Shown here one piece after another: positions 25,547 through 35,412 of a stretch of DNA of 64,000 nt. Location: the NCBI GenBank assembly GCA_023334545.1, contig JAADVB010000055.1:23996-87995 (forward strand). The letters run 5' to 3'. The translations under genes and the position numbers were made by a program. Under the pieces are notes generated by a model. The model was not told where the DNA came from. It ran no database searches and saw nothing but the letters and a program-made list of their open reading frames with translations. Source of the stretch: Salisapilia sapeloensis CBS 127946 (lineage: Eukaryota > Protista > Oomycota). The stretch's first letter is position 1. Every line of letters starts with the position of its first letter.

Positions 25547-26473
25547 TTACACTTGGACAAGACTCGGCTGGTTCGTGGAGCTGATCCAGGCGTTCTGGTC
25601 TTGACACTTTTCCTTGAGTCGCGAAAGCAGTCCGATGATACCAAGAGCGAGGAGGTGGGAGATAAGGATACCGCTGTACCAGATAGGAGCCCAGGGCGTA
25701 TTGAGCTGCAGAAACGGATACGGCCAGAAGCCTCGGGCGATCGTGCCGTGGAGTATCCACGTGAAGACAGCGTAGGAAGTGGGCCAGGCGATGATGAGTG
25801 GGAGGACGTCCTTGGAGACTGTGTGGTTGGAGAGCCAAAAGTCGATCTGGAGGAGCAGGATATTACCGCCGTGTTGAATGTAGCTAACCCAATTCAGAAT
25901 CTTCTCTTGCGTCTTTGTGTGTTTCGCATACGGGTACAGGATGGTCCATACGACGACGCAGATGAGAATAGAGGCAGCGAGGCTCATGTCCAAGAGGAGA
26001 GCCGTTCGGAAGCCTCGTTTCTTCTCATATAGTGTCCACCTCTCGGAGGATTTTAAAAGTGGTTCAGTCGACTCGACCTTTTGCTTTTGCTGCTTCTTGA
26101 CTTGGTAATGCTTGTACGTGTGGATGGTTGCGAGGAAGAAGTAGGCGCCTTGGAGCATAAAGTTCCAGCTAGTGTAAAACGCAAAGCAGAGGCCGTTGGT
26201 GCGGTGAGCGTCGTAGAGCTGGACAAAGCAGTAGAACAAAAAGACAGCGCCACGGTAGCCTACGAGGAACGAAAGGGAACACCAGCTTCTTGGTGTCAAG
26301 TACGGAGCTTCGTGCGATGAGGAAGATGTCTTGAGCGCCAATTCGGATTGGCTCGTCCTCCACCTGTACAAATAGATGGAAAAGGCAAAGACGAGGACCA
26401 TTTCGCATCCTACCACCGTAGCTTCCCATGTCCAATGGACTGGTTCGCCTACTTGAACTAGCTCGTCATACAT
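25547..26473 (-). CDS. Multi-pass membrane protein (rolling stone-like)
   Basis: 308-aa intronless ORF with about 6-7 hydrophobic segments and the motifs FYTSWNF, SYIQHGGN, WPYPFLQL. Family name is from recall. Confidence 0.68.
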   Translation of the reverse strand: MYDELVQVGEPVHWTWEATVVGCEMVLVFAFSIYLYRWRTSQSELALKTSSSSHEAPYLTPRSWCSLSFLVGYRGAVFLFYCFVQLYDAHRTNGLCFAFYTSWNFMLQGAYFFLATIHTYKHYQVKKQQKQKVESTEPLLKSSERWTLYEKKRGFRTALLLDMSLAASILICVVVWTILYPYAKHTKTQEKILNWVSYIQHGGNILLLQIDFWLSNHTVSKDVLPLIIAWPTSYAVFTWILHGTIARGFWPYPFLQLNTPWAPIWYSGILISHLLALGIIGLLSRLKEKCQDQNAWISSTNQPSLVQV

Positions 26474-26601
26474 CAGAGTAGCGAAATGGAGTGAGAAGAA
26501 GGATAAGCTATTTAGGCCAATCCTGAATCTTCATAGGGTATTTTATCCAATAAATGATAACCGTTGACTTCTAAGCGACATATCTACTGACAGAGGTCGA
26601 C

Positions 26602-28641
26602 ATGACGGAGCGCTCGTTGAGATACATCGACATTGGAGTGAACCTGACAAATGGACGCTTTCGTAAAGACCTGTCGCAAGTGATTCGGAGAGCAGAGGAG
26701 GCTGGAGTCGAAGCGATTATCATTACAGGCACTAGTTTGACCGAGAGTCGGAAAGCGCTGGAGCTAGTCGATGCGTATCAAGGAAAAACCACTGTGAAGC
26801 TATTCACAACCGTCGGTGTGCATCCTCACGACGCAAAAGGATTTAATACTGAATCGACAGTTGCTGAAATGAAAGCCCTGGTCGAAAAGTATCCTGGTGC
26901 AGTAGCTGCCATTGGCGAATGCGGACTGGATTTCAATCGAGATTACTCTCCTCGAGATGCTCAGAAACAAGCTTTTCACTCCCAACTGGAACTGGCATGC
27001 GAGCTACAGCTTCCTTTATTTGTGCACGAGAGGGAAGCCCACGATGCTCTCCGTTCAGTCTTAGAACCGTTCGTAAAAAGCGGAAGATTGCCTCCTTTGG
27101 TGGTGCACTGTTTTACTGGCACAGCAGCAGAGATGGACAAGTACATCTCAATGGGATTTTACATTGGTATCACAGGATTTGTTTGTATGGACGGAAGGGG
27201 TCATGCACTACGTACTATGGTCTCGCGACTGCCGGTAGAAAAACTCATGGTCGAAACCGATGCTCCGTTCATGTGCCCATACCCAAGTCATGGCGGTCGT
27301 AAGCCTAGGTGTGAGCCAAAGGATGTCGTATCGGTTGTGTCAACACTGGCTGAATGCATGGGAACGACAGTAGAGCAGCTAAGTCGAATCACAACGCAGA
27401 ACGCAAATCGTTTCTTCCGTCTACAAGATAAACGAAAGGAAGCAGCTAGCAAGACTGCCAGTAAAAAGTCAAGAGAGCAAAAGATGCAAGTTGAAGAGGC
27501 TATGAAAGTGAATGGCGGGAGTGGAGAAGGTGGAGGACAAGTGCTCCGGATTTCGACAGCAGTGGCAGCCGTGACAGGGCAGAATATACACATTGAACAA
27601 ATTCGAAGCAACCGACCTACGCCTGGACTTCGCAATCAGCACATCCAGACACTAAAACTTGTGGACGCTTTGACAGGTAGTGGGCACCTTCGAGGCAATA
27701 CTCTCGGGTCCAGCGAAGTGGCATTCGAAGGCAAGTACGCTGTCTGCGAGCAAAAGACGGTGCGAGCAACGTCTGCTACGAATGGAAGTGTCTCGCTTAT
27801 GCTTCAAGGTGCTTTGCCCATTGCTTTTCTGTCGACTGGAAAGGAGCCGACAAAGCTCCGACTTCAGGGAGGAACGCACGTGGGTTTTAGTCCTCCAATC
27901 GACTTTATGCAGCACCCTTTTATGACCTTACTCGATCGGTTGGGGTGCAAGGCAGATATACAAGTGAATAAGAGAGGCTTCTTTAGAGGACGCACGGGTG
28001 ACGTGCAGGTAAATGTTGAGCCAGCACCAAAAGGTTTTAATGTTGTTGACATCAGCACGTCATCACGCGATGTTGTCCGAGTCTTCACAAAGGTCACTGT
28101 CCATGGTCCGACAGCGAATGATACTTTTGCTACGCATATGACAGAAGTGCTAGAGAAGGTTTATCGAAAGCAGCTCCAGGTGAATAGTCAAATGGAATGG
28201 GAGACGGTCGTGGATAAAGTATCCCAAAGCTCGAAGCGAGGCAAGCAGCAAGATAAGGGTGGTCGTCAAAACGATCGAAATGAAGTTTCCGTCATGACCA
28301 TGGTGGAGACACAGACTGGAGGAATTCTGTCCGCGGATGAAACTAGTAAGAAGTCTCCGTCATCGATAGCGTCCATTCTTTCCCAAAAACTTCATGCCCT
28401 GCTGCAATCTGGAGCTTGTGTAGATGAACATCTCGCAGACAATGCAGTAATCTACATGGCGTTAGCGAATGGCAATTCTAAGCTAAAGGTACCAGGCAAT
28501 AAGCATCGTCGATCGAAGCACCTGGAGACTGCAATTACGGTACTAAAACAGCTAACAAATGCGAACATCCAGTTGACAGAAGAGGCGAGTGGAGAAGCTG
28601 CACTGTTAGAAGTACAGGGTATCGGCCTTGGTGCCAAGTAA
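26602..28641 (+). CDS. TatD-family nuclease fused to RNA 3'-terminal phosphate cyclase (RtcA)
   Basis: Single 679-aa ORF. N-terminal half: YIDIGVNL, VGVHPH, AIGECGLDFNR, LFVHEREAH, VVHCFTG, VETDAPF. C-terminal half from about 27502: NGGSGEGGGQVLR, IRSNRPTPGLRNQH, SVSLMLQ, GGTHVGFSPPIDF, DEHLADN, SKHLET. Confidence 0.9.
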   Translation: MTERSLRYIDIGVNLTNGRFRKDLSQVIRRAEEAGVEAIIITGTSLTESRKALELVDAYQGKTTVKLFTTVGVHPHDAKGFNTESTVAEMKALVEKYPGAVAAIGECGLDFNRDYSPRDAQKQAFHSQLELACELQLPLFVHEREAHDALRSVLEPFVKSGRLPPLVVHCFTGTAAEMDKYISMGFYIGITGFVCMDGRGHALRTMVSRLPVEKLMVETDAPFMCPYPSHGGRKPRCEPKDVVSVVSTLAECMGTTVEQLSRITTQNANRFFRLQDKRKEAASKTASKKSREQKMQVEEAMKVNGGSGEGGGQVLRISTAVAAVTGQNIHIEQIRSNRPTPGLRNQHIQTLKLVDALTGSGHLRGNTLGSSEVAFEGKYAVCEQKTVRATSATNGSVSLMLQGALPIAFLSTGKEPTKLRLQGGTHVGFSPPIDFMQHPFMTLLDRLGCKADIQVNKRGFFRGRTGDVQVNVEPAPKGFNVVDISTSSRDVVRVFTKVTVHGPTANDTFATHMTEVLEKVYRKQLQVNSQMEWETVVDKVSQSSKRGKQQDKGGRQNDRNEVSVMTMVETQTGGILSADETSKKSPSSIASILSQKLHALLQSGACVDEHLADNAVIYMALANGNSKLKVPGNKHRRSKHLETAITVLKQLTNANIQLTEEASGEAALLEVQGIGLGAK

Positions 28642-28693
28642 GGATGCACTTGAAACCAAGATTTAACTGGTTGGAAATACTTTCACTATTACT

Positions 28694-30067
28694 TTAAGTT
28701 TGGGAATAAAAGCGTTTATCCTGTCGTCTAGCAAAAACAAGACTAGCGACCAAGGAGATACACCCGAGGACGGCACTGAGTAGAAAGAAGGGGACATAGC
28801 ATTCACTTCCGTAGCACTTTTCTTCCCCATCTACAGTCCGCGCAGAGCTTTCGTATATGAAACTAGCGATTGGGCTGAAGAAGAGAGGGAAGCCGGATGC
28901 GGTGGCTAGTCCGATGAGACCAAAGTTGAAGCCAAGGTGCTTGGCACCGAAAGTCTCGCGTACCAGGACTGGGTAACAGGCAAACATGATGCCGTCGACT
29001 AGACCTGCTATTATGATGGGTATCACGAGGAAGGACGGAGGAAGCATGATAAATAGCGTGAATAGCACAATGAGCAGCATGCTTGCTCCACTGATGTAGT
29101 ATACGCGTGAAAAGGTAGACAGAAAGTAGTCGGAGACAGCACCTGTGACTAGCTTGGACGTGCAATTTGCGACCGAGAACAAAGCAACCATCGTTGGCAC
29201 CTGGTATATCGGACCTCCAAGCGACTCGACAATGAACGGGATGTTAGAAAGTATAAAATTACTTGCGCCGACGACGACGAAGACCATGATAAAGAGCATC
29301 CAGAATTGGCTATCCTTGAGCAATTCAGTCCCTGTAACATCTCTTTCAATGATCGTCTGTGTGTCAATATGGTCTTGCGCAAGCGTAGTTTGCTGAGCGT
29401 TGGAAGTACATTGTGGACTCTGCTGGTGTAGGAGTGGAACGGCTTCTTCCTCTATACTTATGAACTCTGGCTGATCTCCACGATACAGTGCAAACCAGGC
29501 AAATAGCGATACCAAGGTGAAAAGGATGCCTTGGAACTGAAAGAACTGCACTAGCTCATGTTCAAAGTACGTCGAATAGATGACGGCAAAGGATGCTCCT
29601 CCGATGCTGAAGGTAGCGAATCCAAGCGAAATGACCTTTGCTCGATGTTGTGCACCAAAGAGTCCTTCGTTGACGGATAGTGCTGCCAAGTTATTAAAAT
29701 TGGCTGCTTGACCCACGAAAAAGAAGATAGATCCGACGATCCAAGCTGGCATCTGATTCGGAGCGTTGGCGATACCGTAGGATAGTATCGGGAAAAGGGA
29801 ACCTAGCACGACAGCGGCAGATAGACAGCTCTTATACGGCCCGATTCGATCAAATAGGTACCCTGGGAGGATGGACAGGTAAGTACCTAGCGACAAGAGA
29901 GATAGCACGACCGAAATGTCGGCGTGCGAGTAGGCTAGCGTCGACTTGAGCTGTGCGTCCCAGGAGGACACAGCATGTATGGAGCCAGCACAAAAGTAGG
30001 TGCATGCCCCTGCAAAGACACTCATATAGCGCCGAAATGCATCACTTTCCCTCGATGCAGCCTTCAT
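28694..30067 (-). CDS. MFS transporter, Nodulin-like/Mch1-type (paralogue 1)
   Basis: About 12 TM segments; GYLFDRIG, TELLKDSQFWMLF, RETFGAKHLGFNFG, KCYGSECY. Likely ATG at 30067 (MKAASRES). Confidence 0.88.
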   Translation of the reverse strand: MKAASRESDAFRRYMSVFAGACTYFCAGSIHAVSSWDAQLKSTLAYSHADISVVLSLLSLGTYLSILPGYLFDRIGPYKSCLSAAVVLGSLFPILSYGIANAPNQMPAWIVGSIFFFVGQAANFNNLAALSVNEGLFGAQHRAKVISLGFATFSIGGASFAVIYSTYFEHELVQFFQFQGILFTLVSLFAWFALYRGDQPEFISIEEEAVPLLHQQSPQCTSNAQQTTLAQDHIDTQTIIERDVTGTELLKDSQFWMLFIMVFVVVGASNFILSNIPFIVESLGGPIYQVPTMVALFSVANCTSKLVTGAVSDYFLSTFSRVYYISGASMLLIVLFTLFIMLPPSFLVIPIIIAGLVDGIMFACYPVLVRETFGAKHLGFNFGLIGLATASGFPLFFSPIASFIYESSARTVDGEEKCYGSECYVPFFLLSAVLGCISLVASLVFARRQDKRFYSQT

Positions 30068-30640
30068 CTGATGTCGGAATGGAATGCGACACCTGTGTTG
30101 AGGTGATGTGCATCGATCTTCGAAAGTTGTGTCGTTGCACTGCGATGTGCAAAGCAAATTAAACGAGAGCGGAAGCCTGATGAATGTAGTCGTCCGAGTC
30201 TTTATGCCATCATGTATCCTGTGCTATCTCTTCCCACGTGGCGTAGAACAATTGCACAAGTGAACCTAGCATCCCATCCAATTCGAATTTGCGTTTTTAT
30301 AGTATGGCTGCGACGATACGGTCGCAAGGTCGTTACTAGTGTTTTCTATCGACCTGTTCTACCCAGTATGAGGCATCCATGGTGCGCACGCAAGTAGTCG
30401 AGTTAGTCGGAAGAACACGCACCAACGAGTTCACTTCCGACGGTATTGTGCCATTGCGAGTACTGGTGTCGATCGCCGTCCTCGACCAGTTACCTAGATA
30501 CTAATCCTAGCGCAGCGGACGACAGCTGCGCCCAGCTGTCACTTTCTCCACTTACGATTGACCTGGCTTCCTGTCAGAGCCTAGAAGAAGAAGTGCACGA
30601 ACTAGACACGCTACGTTTTACTCGACAATAGGTCAGCAGG

Positions 30641-32362
30641 ATGATCGTGTCGCGCGTGGCAGCAGCGTGTGCGGCGACGAGTTTGCTCTCATTCCTGACG
30701 ACGACGGATGCTGCGTACTCGAACGACTACGAGTACGATGGCAAGACGGTCTACTGCGTTTGGATGGACCAAGGCATGGGTGTCACGTCTTTGGACACGA
30801 GCTACATCCATGCCTCGGGTAGCGGAAGCGAATGTCCGCTCGCGCTTACGATTAAGCAGGAGAACTCGGGCGTTATCAATGCTGGCGAACCCATTTCCTA
30901 CAGTTTCGAAGCTACACTTTCCATGGACGACAATGTCTTCGACATGACAGGACTCCAGGCGACTGTGACGGACCCGACGACTCGAAGGCCGGTGCAGATT
31001 GGGCATGCGAATGTCCACGCGTGTGACCAAGGCACGATCTGTGACATCTTTACGGACGGAGCCAACAGGAAGATTTCGCCGCAGGAAACGTCTAATTTCA
31101 CAGCTTCCGGTAAAGCTGATTTCTCCCAAGAGCTGACGTTTGATGAGGACGGGGACTACAACATCTTTGCCCATATTATCCTTCCTCCGGTCGATCCGAA
31201 CGAGGAAGCATATCACTTTATGACGTTCACAAAGGCAACGGTTGGCGCTGGAGAGACAACGACCACCAATGCCGATTCAGGGGAAGATGGAGAGGCTAGC
31301 CACGCAGCCATGATCGGTGTCATCGTTGCAGCTGCGGTGGTCCTGTTAGCGCTAGTAGCGTTCGTACTGCACCGACGAAAGAAGAAGACAGAGGAGTATG
31401 TAGAACCGAGAGGACCGAACGGAGAATTGTACGATGGTTCGGCGTACGCTCAGTCGAGTGTGACAAAGCCCACGCAGAGCGTGCCGGACTGGGGAAGCGG
31501 AGGTACTCACACGCAAGATTTCGCTACCTTCCACATGCCGCAGTCCAACTTCTCCAATACGTCTAATCCGGCGTGGGAACAGAACCAGCAGCCTCCAGGT
31601 CTAAGCGCGAGTGCACTCACGTTCGACTACAACGCCCAGACCGTTCGTAGTGCGAGCCAATGGGAGAGTCAGCGAACGCTTTTCAGTAATCCGGAAGAGG
31701 AAAGAAGATCGAGTTTCCCCAAGAGACGAGCGTCGTCTGGCCAGTCCGACGACACGATCAGTCAGAGAGGAGGCTCGTACTTTTTGGAAGCGCATCAGGA
31801 TGACCCTCGCGTGCCGCCGTTTGATTACCACACGCTCGGTACGATGGACGAGTCGTCTGATGCCCGATTCCGAAACGATTCCGATGCGACTGTACCTCCG
31901 GAAGCATTCGACAGCCGTCATCAAAAGTACTCAAAGAACCATGACGGAGACATGTTCGAGTCGGACTCGGATCTCACGTATACGTTCGACAGCCAGAATG
32001 CCATGCCGATGCCCAAGCAGAACTACGCACCTGGCTACAAGACGGACATTCCTTCGCCCATGGACTCGGAAGTCTACAAGACTAACATGTACAGCCATCC
32101 GGAAGACCGTTTGTCCGACTCGACGGCGAACACCAACTACTTCAACGAGTCGCAGTTCGCGGCGAGTGACATTCGAAGCACTGCAGAATACTCTCGTGGC
32201 ACCAATGCACGACGAGGCTCGGAAGAGTCGTATGCGTCGGACGCCACCTTTGACTTTACGAACGAGATCAAGGACAACGCTGCTTCCATGCACGGACCTA
32301 GCCGAGCCAAGAACCCTCGATTCGCACCTCATGCTTCCGACCCTGACAACTACGAGTTTTAA
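30641..32362 (+). CDS. Single-pass type I membrane (receptor-like) protein 1
   Basis: Signal peptide MIVSRVAAACAATSLLSFLTTTDA, Cys-containing ectodomain, TM AAMIGVIVAAAVVLLALVAFVL followed by HRRKKK, then a long S/D/Y-rich disordered tail. Confidence 0.8.
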   Translation: MIVSRVAAACAATSLLSFLTTTDAAYSNDYEYDGKTVYCVWMDQGMGVTSLDTSYIHASGSGSECPLALTIKQENSGVINAGEPISYSFEATLSMDDNVFDMTGLQATVTDPTTRRPVQIGHANVHACDQGTICDIFTDGANRKISPQETSNFTASGKADFSQELTFDEDGDYNIFAHIILPPVDPNEEAYHFMTFTKATVGAGETTTTNADSGEDGEASHAAMIGVIVAAAVVLLALVAFVLHRRKKKTEEYVEPRGPNGELYDGSAYAQSSVTKPTQSVPDWGSGGTHTQDFATFHMPQSNFSNTSNPAWEQNQQPPGLSASALTFDYNAQTVRSASQWESQRTLFSNPEEERRSSFPKRRASSGQSDDTISQRGGSYFLEAHQDDPRVPPFDYHTLGTMDESSDARFRNDSDATVPPEAFDSRHQKYSKNHDGDMFESDSDLTYTFDSQNAMPMPKQNYAPGYKTDIPSPMDSEVYKTNMYSHPEDRLSDSTANTNYFNESQFAASDIRSTAEYSRGTNARRGSEESYASDATFDFTNEIKDNAASMHGPSRAKNPRFAPHASDPDNYEF

Positions 32363-32401
32363 TTTCATGAAAACAAAAAGTGTTGTGTACACGAAGGGTG
32401 T

Positions 32402-33436
32402 TTATTCCTGCTTTCTCTTCTTCTTACTTGGCTCCTTGGACGCTAGTTTCTTCGCTAATGACTTCTTCGCTTCCTCTCCCTTGTGCCAATACGTCCCGTC
32501 CTGCTTCCGGAAACTCTGTTTCGGACCGGCGCCTGCCGTGTCCAGGTCGATGAGGACCATGCGATCTCCTATACGCATCCCGCTCTTCTTCACGGCATTC
32601 CGAGCGCTCTTTTCGTCTGCAAACTCGACGTAGCCAAAGCCTTTCAGTTTCTTCGTGTGGTTCCACATCGGCAAACGAACGCTCACGATGCTGCCACAAG
32701 GCTCGAGCGCTTTCTGAATATCCTGTTCCTCGATATCGTACGGAAGCTGCTTAATGAAGACTGTGCGGATGTTGCGTGTGTTCTTCTGACCTAGGTTGGC
32801 TCGCGCGCGTTGGGACTGTTCAACTACGCGAGGCGTCTGGGCTTTCCGGATGGTCAGATATCGCTTCAGTAGGTACTTGCCATCGAGCTGTAGTGCCTTT
32901 TCGACCGATTTCGGTGAATCAAAGCTAATGTGCGCGTAGCCACGGGGCTTACCAGAGTCCTGGTAACGAGGAAAGCGAACTTCCTTCACGGTGCCGCACT
33001 GGGAAAAGTGTGTGACCAGATCACTTTCATCAGCGTCGTAAGAGATACCTTCGACGTAGACGGTGGCCTCAGTCTTGGCTTTGGCCTCCTCCTCTTCTAC
33101 ATTATCGGCATTGGCGTCCGTCCCGCCCTCGTCTTCATCCTCCGAAGAGCTTTCTTCCTCCTCTGTTGGCTTTTGCTCGTCTTCACTACTGGACGATTCT
33201 TCCTCCTTGTCATTGACTTCGCTAGCAGTAGGCTTGAAAAGCGTTTTTTCGGTCTCATCGTCGTCACTGTCACTGTCACTGTCAGAGGATGAGGAGCCAT
33301 CTCCACCCGAGTTGCTACTGCTTTCAGCTATTTTCACATCCGTCGTGTCGCGAGCACGCTTTTTTCCCTTCTTGGCAGCATTGGTGGAGTTTTTAGCGGA
33401 CGCATTGGAACCTTTGGTTGCAGTAGGCTTGGCCAT
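32402..33436 (-). CDS. Nucleolin/NSR1-like protein with two RRM domains
   Basis: Acidic S/D/E N-terminus; RNP motifs VYVEGI..KPRGYAHISF and VFIKQL..KLKGFGYVEF; K-rich end. Likely start MAKPT at 33436. Confidence 0.85.
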   Translation of the reverse strand: MAKPTATKGSNASAKNSTNAAKKGKKRARDTTDVKIAESSSNSGGDGSSSSDSDSDSDDDETEKTLFKPTASEVNDKEEESSSSEDEQKPTEEEESSSEDEDEGGTDANADNVEEEEAKAKTEATVYVEGISYDADESDLVTHFSQCGTVKEVRFPRYQDSGKPRGYAHISFDSPKSVEKALQLDGKYLLKRYLTIRKAQTPRVVEQSQRARANLGQKNTRNIRTVFIKQLPYDIEEQDIQKALEPCGSIVSVRLPMWNHTKKLKGFGYVEFADEKSARNAVKKSGMRIGDRMVLIDLDTAGAGPKQSFRKQDGTYWHKGEEAKKSLAKKLASKEPSKKKRKQE

Positions 33437-33924
33437 GGCTTCGTCCGAGTGTCTGAGCTGGTCGTGTCCAGAGCCAACGGTCATACATGCCAAAAACGGT
33501 AATTCTACTAGCATGTAAGACAAATAGAGATTCATTCATAAAATTATAGACAAAAGCGGAAGTTATACAATTGATACTTTAATTTGGATTAGAAGGGTGG
33601 CCAAAGCAAGGCACTCGAAGTATGCAAGTCCAAATGCTCATGGAAAAATACAGAGAATGGCTTGCCTTGAAGAGGCTGTCGATCTAGTCTAAAACATCAC
33701 TTGTGGAGCATCTACAGTTGTCTGGACTGCTAGTAAAGACACAGTTCTTGGCATTCGTTGAGTCATGCTTGCAGGCGGATTGGGCATGGGAACAGATACA
33801 TTTTAGATGGCCAATCTGTCAAATCATTGTTTCTGATTACAAGAGTAGGACAACAGATGTCCTGTCACGCACGATACTTAGGCATGGAGGAGCTACTTCC
33901 ATTACGATTTGATCTACCGAAGGA

Positions 33925-35298
33925 ATGAAAGGTCCAGGAGACACTTCGATGTCTTATACGGACGTCACGAGACGTGTGGTTAGTGCTCTTGCAGGGTTTT
34001 CCATCTACTTTTGTGTAGGGTCAGTGGATGCAGTCTCTGCCTGGAATGCGCAACTCAAGACGGAGCTAGGGTATTCGCATGGGGAAATGCAGCTCGTCCT
34101 CTCGCTTGCTGTATTTGGTGCTTTGTTTGGAGTACCACCAGGATATGTGCACGACCGACTTGGTTCTCATAAGAGCGCCTTCATCGGTGCCACGATGCTC
34201 GGAGCCATCTACTTTGGACTCGCGTACGGTATCCAGCATTATCCACAGTACATGTCATCCTACGTGGTCGGCGTCTTGCTTGCAATGGCGGGACAAGTAG
34301 CCCATCTAGGCATTTTCGCAGCTCTAGTGACCAATGAAGGCTTGTTCGGACCGGCGCATCGAGGAAAGATCATCTCGTTCGGCCTGGCATCTGACAGCGC
34401 TGGTGCAGCATCCTTCGCTGTCATCTACTCTACTTACTATGATGCAAACCTCGTTGGCTACTTTTACTTTTTATGCATCCTGTTCGCAGCTACGTACGCC
34501 TTTGCATGGCTTACTCTTTATCCTCATGCCACGAAGGGGAATGGGCATGAACGGGAGGAAGCTTTGCTGGCACCGCCGGAAGAGTCGCAGCTTCTCCCGG
34601 ATGTGTCAAAGGCGGAAGCGTCAGGAGGCAACGAGTATCCAGAGTCAGCAGTTCCAGTGGAGGAAGAGATTACCGGAATGGAGCTGCTACGAGACACTCG
34701 CTTTTGGTTTTTATTCATCATCATGTTCATCATGGATGGAGCAGCAAAATTCATTATCTCCAACATCTCTTTTGTCACAGAGTCCATTGGAGGTCCCATG
34801 GACCAAGTGCCGAAGATGGTGGCGCTCTACTCCATCACTAGCTGTGCGGCGAAGCTGGTTACTGGGGCGCTCTCAGACTACTTTTTGGATCATATTCCTC
34901 GTGTTCATTTCATGTCACTGTCAAGCGTCTTGATGATGTTTACCTTTGTGCTCTTCCTGGTACTACCGCCGAGTGCCGTGGTGGTACCCGTGACGCTTTG
35001 TGGTGTCTCCATTGGCGTCTTATTCGCAAGTTTTCCGGTCATCACGAGAGAAGTATTCGGTATCCGGCACTTGGGGTTCAACTTTGGTGTCTTGAGCTTG
35101 GCCTGTGCGCTTGGCTACCCGCTCGCCTTTAGCCCCATCTCATCCTTCGTGTACAACTATGCTAGTCAGGAAGCGGGCAAGTGTCTTGGGTACATGTGTT
35201 TCGCGCCTACGTTCGCCGTAGCGTTCGTGGCGGGAGGCTTTTCACTCTTCTACTGCATCCGCTTTGCCCAGCGTCAGTCCTATAAGCAGCTCCAGTGA
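33925..35298 (+). CDS. MFS transporter, Nodulin-like/Mch1-type (paralogue 2)
   Basis: GYVHDRLG, GMELLRDTRFWFLF, REVFGIRHLGFNFG, KCLGYMCF; intronless, 457 aa. Confidence 0.88.
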   Translation: MKGPGDTSMSYTDVTRRVVSALAGFSIYFCVGSVDAVSAWNAQLKTELGYSHGEMQLVLSLAVFGALFGVPPGYVHDRLGSHKSAFIGATMLGAIYFGLAYGIQHYPQYMSSYVVGVLLAMAGQVAHLGIFAALVTNEGLFGPAHRGKIISFGLASDSAGAASFAVIYSTYYDANLVGYFYFLCILFAATYAFAWLTLYPHATKGNGHEREEALLAPPEESQLLPDVSKAEASGGNEYPESAVPVEEEITGMELLRDTRFWFLFIIMFIMDGAAKFIISNISFVTESIGGPMDQVPKMVALYSITSCAAKLVTGALSDYFLDHIPRVHFMSLSSVLMMFTFVLFLVLPPSAVVVPVTLCGVSIGVLFASFPVITREVFGIRHLGFNFGVLSLACALGYPLAFSPISSFVYNYASQEAGKCLGYMCFAPTFAVAFVAGGFSLFYCIRFAQRQSYKQLQ

Positions 35299-35412
35299 GA
35301 TACTTTGGATAGTCGGAAGATCCGAAATGGCTACAAAAGGATACCGTTCAAATGGCTAATTTCAAAAATACTGAAACTTTGAATTGCATTCTCGTACAAG
35401 TATAATTGAATC

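Noticed and set aside
25493-26320. 179-aa and 79-aa plus-strand ORFs
   Set aside because: Antisense to the rolling stone-like membrane gene; composition mirrors its codons.
27502-28641. Calling the cyclase half Rcl1
   Set aside because: It retains the GEGGGQ motif and the catalytic His of RtcA, which Rcl1 lacks.
31611-32633. 340-aa alternative-frame ORF overlapping receptor-like protein 1 and the RRM gene
   Set aside because: R/T/S-rich shadow frame with no recognisable domain; the region is already explained by two genes.
33263-33284. (GTCACT)n and similar short tandem runs (also AGC runs near 9955-9980)
   Set aside because: They simply encode Ser/Asp low-complexity tracts in the RRM protein and in CWC22.
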